NCBI RefSeq assembly: GCF_036406195.1
Contig: NZ_DASWVW010000033.1
Coordinates: forward strand, 224,111 to 288,110
Source of the DNA: Steroidobacter sp.
GTDB lineage: Bacteria > Pseudomonadota > Gammaproteobacteria > Steroidobacterales > Steroidobacteraceae
DNA length: 64,000 nt
Reading direction: 5' to 3'
Positions 61,720 to 64,000 of the stretch are shown here, piece by piece; position 1 is the stretch's first letter, and the number at the start of each line of letters is the position of its first letter. Made by a program: the position numbers and the translations under genes. The notes under the pieces were generated by a model. It did no database searches, was not told the origin of the DNA, and saw nothing but the letters and a program-made list of their open reading frames with translations.

Positions 61720-62742
61720 ATGAAACAAGCCATGCCCCTGACCTGCGCTCTGACATTCTTCACATTGCTGTTCGCACAGCTCGCCGGCGCGGACGCCACG
61801 CCCACGCGAATGCGTGCCCTGCTCATGACGGACTACGGCGCCTCGGATGTTCTGCACATCCGCCAGGTGGCGGTGACAATACCGGCAAGAGGCGAAGTGC
61901 GCATTCGCGTTCACGCCGCGAGCATCAATCCCGTGGATTGGAAGATCCGCTCGGGCCGGCTGCAAAAGACCTCTCCGGTGTCGCTGCCCTATATCCCAGG
62001 TCGCGACGTGGCCGGAACCATCGACGCCATCGGACCCGGTGTTTCGGGCTGGAAAATCGGCGACAGCGTACTCGCTGTTCTCGATGGCGGCGGCCTGGCG
62101 GAATATGCGATTGCATCCGTTGAGAACATCGCGCGCAAACCAGCGAAGCTGAGCTTCAAAGACGCGGCGGGCATTCCGACGGCGTCACTCGCTGCATGGC
62201 GCACGCTCATTGGCAACGCGAATATCAAACAAGGTCAGCGCGTACTCATTCATGGTGGCGCAGGCGGAGTCGGCAGCACTGCAGTCCAGTTGGCTCACTG
62301 GCGTGGCGCGCATGTGATTGCCACAGCTTCGTCACGTAATCACGATTATCTGAAATCTATTGGCGCGGATGAAGTGATCGACTACAGCAAGACTCGTTTC
62401 GAAGACGTAGTTGAGAACGTCGATGTCGTGCTCGACACTGTCGGCGGGGACACGCTGCAACGATCGCCAGCCGTACTGCGCGAAGGCGGCACACTGCTGA
62501 CTTTGGTCGGCAAGCCACCGGCGGAGGCCTGCAGCGAACGCAAGCTTCGCTGCCCGAGCCCAAGCACGGCGACCGACGAAAAGCCGGGCGAAGAGCTGGC
62601 CAAGCTGGCAAAGCTGTTCGAGCGCGGCGTGTTGAAGATGACGATCGAGGCCGAGTTCCCGCTAGCCGATGCGGTGCAAGCCTTGGAACTGAGCGAGACC
62701 GGTCACGCTCGCGGCAAGATCATCGTGCGGATGATCGACTGA
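61720..62742 (+). CDS. NADP-dependent oxidoreductase (MDR/quinone oxidoreductase family)
   Basis: SINPVDWK, HGGAGGVG and GHARGKII motifs. Confidence 0.88.
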   Translation: MKQAMPLTCALTFFTLLFAQLAGADATPTRMRALLMTDYGASDVLHIRQVAVTIPARGEVRIRVHAASINPVDWKIRSGRLQKTSPVSLPYIPGRDVAGTIDAIGPGVSGWKIGDSVLAVLDGGGLAEYAIASVENIARKPAKLSFKDAAGIPTASLAAWRTLIGNANIKQGQRVLIHGGAGGVGSTAVQLAHWRGAHVIATASSRNHDYLKSIGADEVIDYSKTRFEDVVENVDVVLDTVGGDTLQRSPAVLREGGTLLTLVGKPPAEACSERKLRCPSPSTATDEKPGEELAKLAKLFERGVLKMTIEAEFPLADAVQALELSETGHARGKIIVRMID

Positions 62743-62765
62743 GCCGATCGAAAGAAAGGAGACAA

Positions 62766-62795
62766 AAGCTCCAGCAGGACTTGCTGCTGGAGCTT
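62766..62795. terminator. Hairpin terminator between convergent genes
   Basis: AAGCTCCAGCAG-N6-CTGCTGGAGCTT; the A-run on the left gives a U-tract on the minus strand. Confidence 0.7.
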
Positions 62796-62814
62796 CACAA
62801 CAAAGTGCGGAGGA

Positions 62815-63762
62815 TTACGCCGCGGCTACACCAACGCCACTCATGAACGTCAACGAGTCGGCGGCCCGGCGGCACTCGCGCGGCGTCACGCCATGGAAGC
62901 GGCGTAGTGCACGGAACAGCGTCGACCGAGAGTCGAACCCGACCACCTTGACGATATCTTCCACCGCCATCTCGCTTCCCCGCAGCAGCCGTCCCGCCAC
63001 CGTCGTGCGCTTGCGCTGCAAGTACTCGTGTGGCGTCACATCGTGAATGTGCTTGAACAACCGCAGGAAGTGATGCCGCGACAGGAAAGCGGCCCGAGCC
63101 ATGTCACCCAGCATCAATGGCTTGTCGAAATTGGAGTGAATGAAATCGGTCGCCAGCGACACACGACGCAGGATCTCGCGGCGCGTGGCCGCACGACGCA
63201 CCGGCACGCCTCGGGCTCGCTGCAACACGTCCCGATGACGGGCGAGCATGCGCTCCAGCAGGAACGCAAACTGCTCCTCGAACCACAACGGATCGTTCAA
63301 TCCCATCTCGCAGTGACGGCGAATGAACAGCAGCACCGGTGTGACGCCGCGGTCGTGGGTCTGCAGGTGCGGAATGAATGGCAGCGCCACCGGGGTCTGC
63401 ACCTCGCCGTCATCCAGCAGGCGATCCTCGGGAGTGAGCAACGCGCCGAGCACCTCTTCGGGCATGCCCCGGCGAAACAGCACCGTCAACACATTGACGG
63501 GCTCGGAGCCTCGAATGCGTACCGTGGCCGGGCCGCCGGGAAGCGGCAGCCAGGTATCGTCGTCCACCGCGATACGCCGGTTGTCCAGGGTGACTTCCTG
63601 GCGGCCGCCCCAGGCGCTCAGCAGAGCAAAGCGTTCGCCGTCCAGCGTGTAATCGGCCACCTGCGTGTGCAGGCTCACCACGGTGTTTTCGGTGCTGGGC
63701 TGTCGCGCCAGCGCCGCACTCAAGTCACCACTCACCATTTCATGGGTTCGACGGAGAATCAT
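62815..63762 (-). CDS. AraC family transcriptional regulator
   Basis: LSRHHFLRLFK and VGFDSRSTLFR motifs. Confidence 0.85.
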   Translation of the reverse strand: MILRRTHEMVSGDLSAALARQPSTENTVVSLHTQVADYTLDGERFALLSAWGGRQEVTLDNRRIAVDDDTWLPLPGGPATVRIRGSEPVNVLTVLFRRGMPEEVLGALLTPEDRLLDDGEVQTPVALPFIPHLQTHDRGVTPVLLFIRRHCEMGLNDPLWFEEQFAFLLERMLARHRDVLQRARGVPVRRAATRREILRRVSLATDFIHSNFDKPLMLGDMARAAFLSRHHFLRLFKHIHDVTPHEYLQRKRTTVAGRLLRGSEMAVEDIVKVVGFDSRSTLFRALRRFHGVTPRECRRAADSLTFMSGVGVAAA

Positions 63763-64000
63763 CCCGTTACCCCTCCCCGTTGCCTGGCAGTCAACACCGG
63801 CCGAGCGACCGGCTTTACCGGAGCCGCGACGGCGCGCCCGCAGCGCACCTCGCGGTTCCACCCTAAAACGAGACAAATCCTGGAAATCGGCTTAGTTGGT
63901 ACCATTTCCGCGCCAATTTGCGTCGGCTACAAGCGATTTACGATGATCTGATCCCGGCATGCGGCGAAAGGTTGCAGCCGTCCCCTGACTTCCGTCAGAC

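Overview
This GC-rich window looks like Steroidobacter/Xanthomonadales-type gammaproteobacterial chromosome, judged from gene content only. It has about 55 CDS and no rRNA, tRNA, CRISPR array or intact transposase that I could see. The left part holds central-metabolism genes, including a PEP carboxylase with degenerate catalytic motifs. Next comes a 10-gene Agl-Glt/Tol-Exb-like envelope operon (10005-20153) led by a c-di-GMP-I riboswitch. The most striking locus is 20656-25965. A small gene encodes a signal peptide followed by six tandem 14-aa DGDSGGKRPV units whose cores differ only at synonymous sites. It lies under a perfect CRP/Clp box, divergent from a phosphorylation-type (ECF43-like) sigma factor that is translationally coupled to a membrane Ser/Thr kinase with an extracytoplasmic TPR domain. 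This is a candidate peptide-signal/receptor-kinase/sigma circuit in a Gram-negative bacterium. The rest is accessory: LigC with a primase-polymerase, an ABC exporter with a leader uORF, an RclR-like regulator with ohr, a deletion-broken hybrid kinase, a membrane protein/vWA/SleB triad, a nucleotidyltransferase toxin-antitoxin-like pair, MscS channels, msrA and gdhA. All family assignments come from motif recognition by eye, with no database searches.
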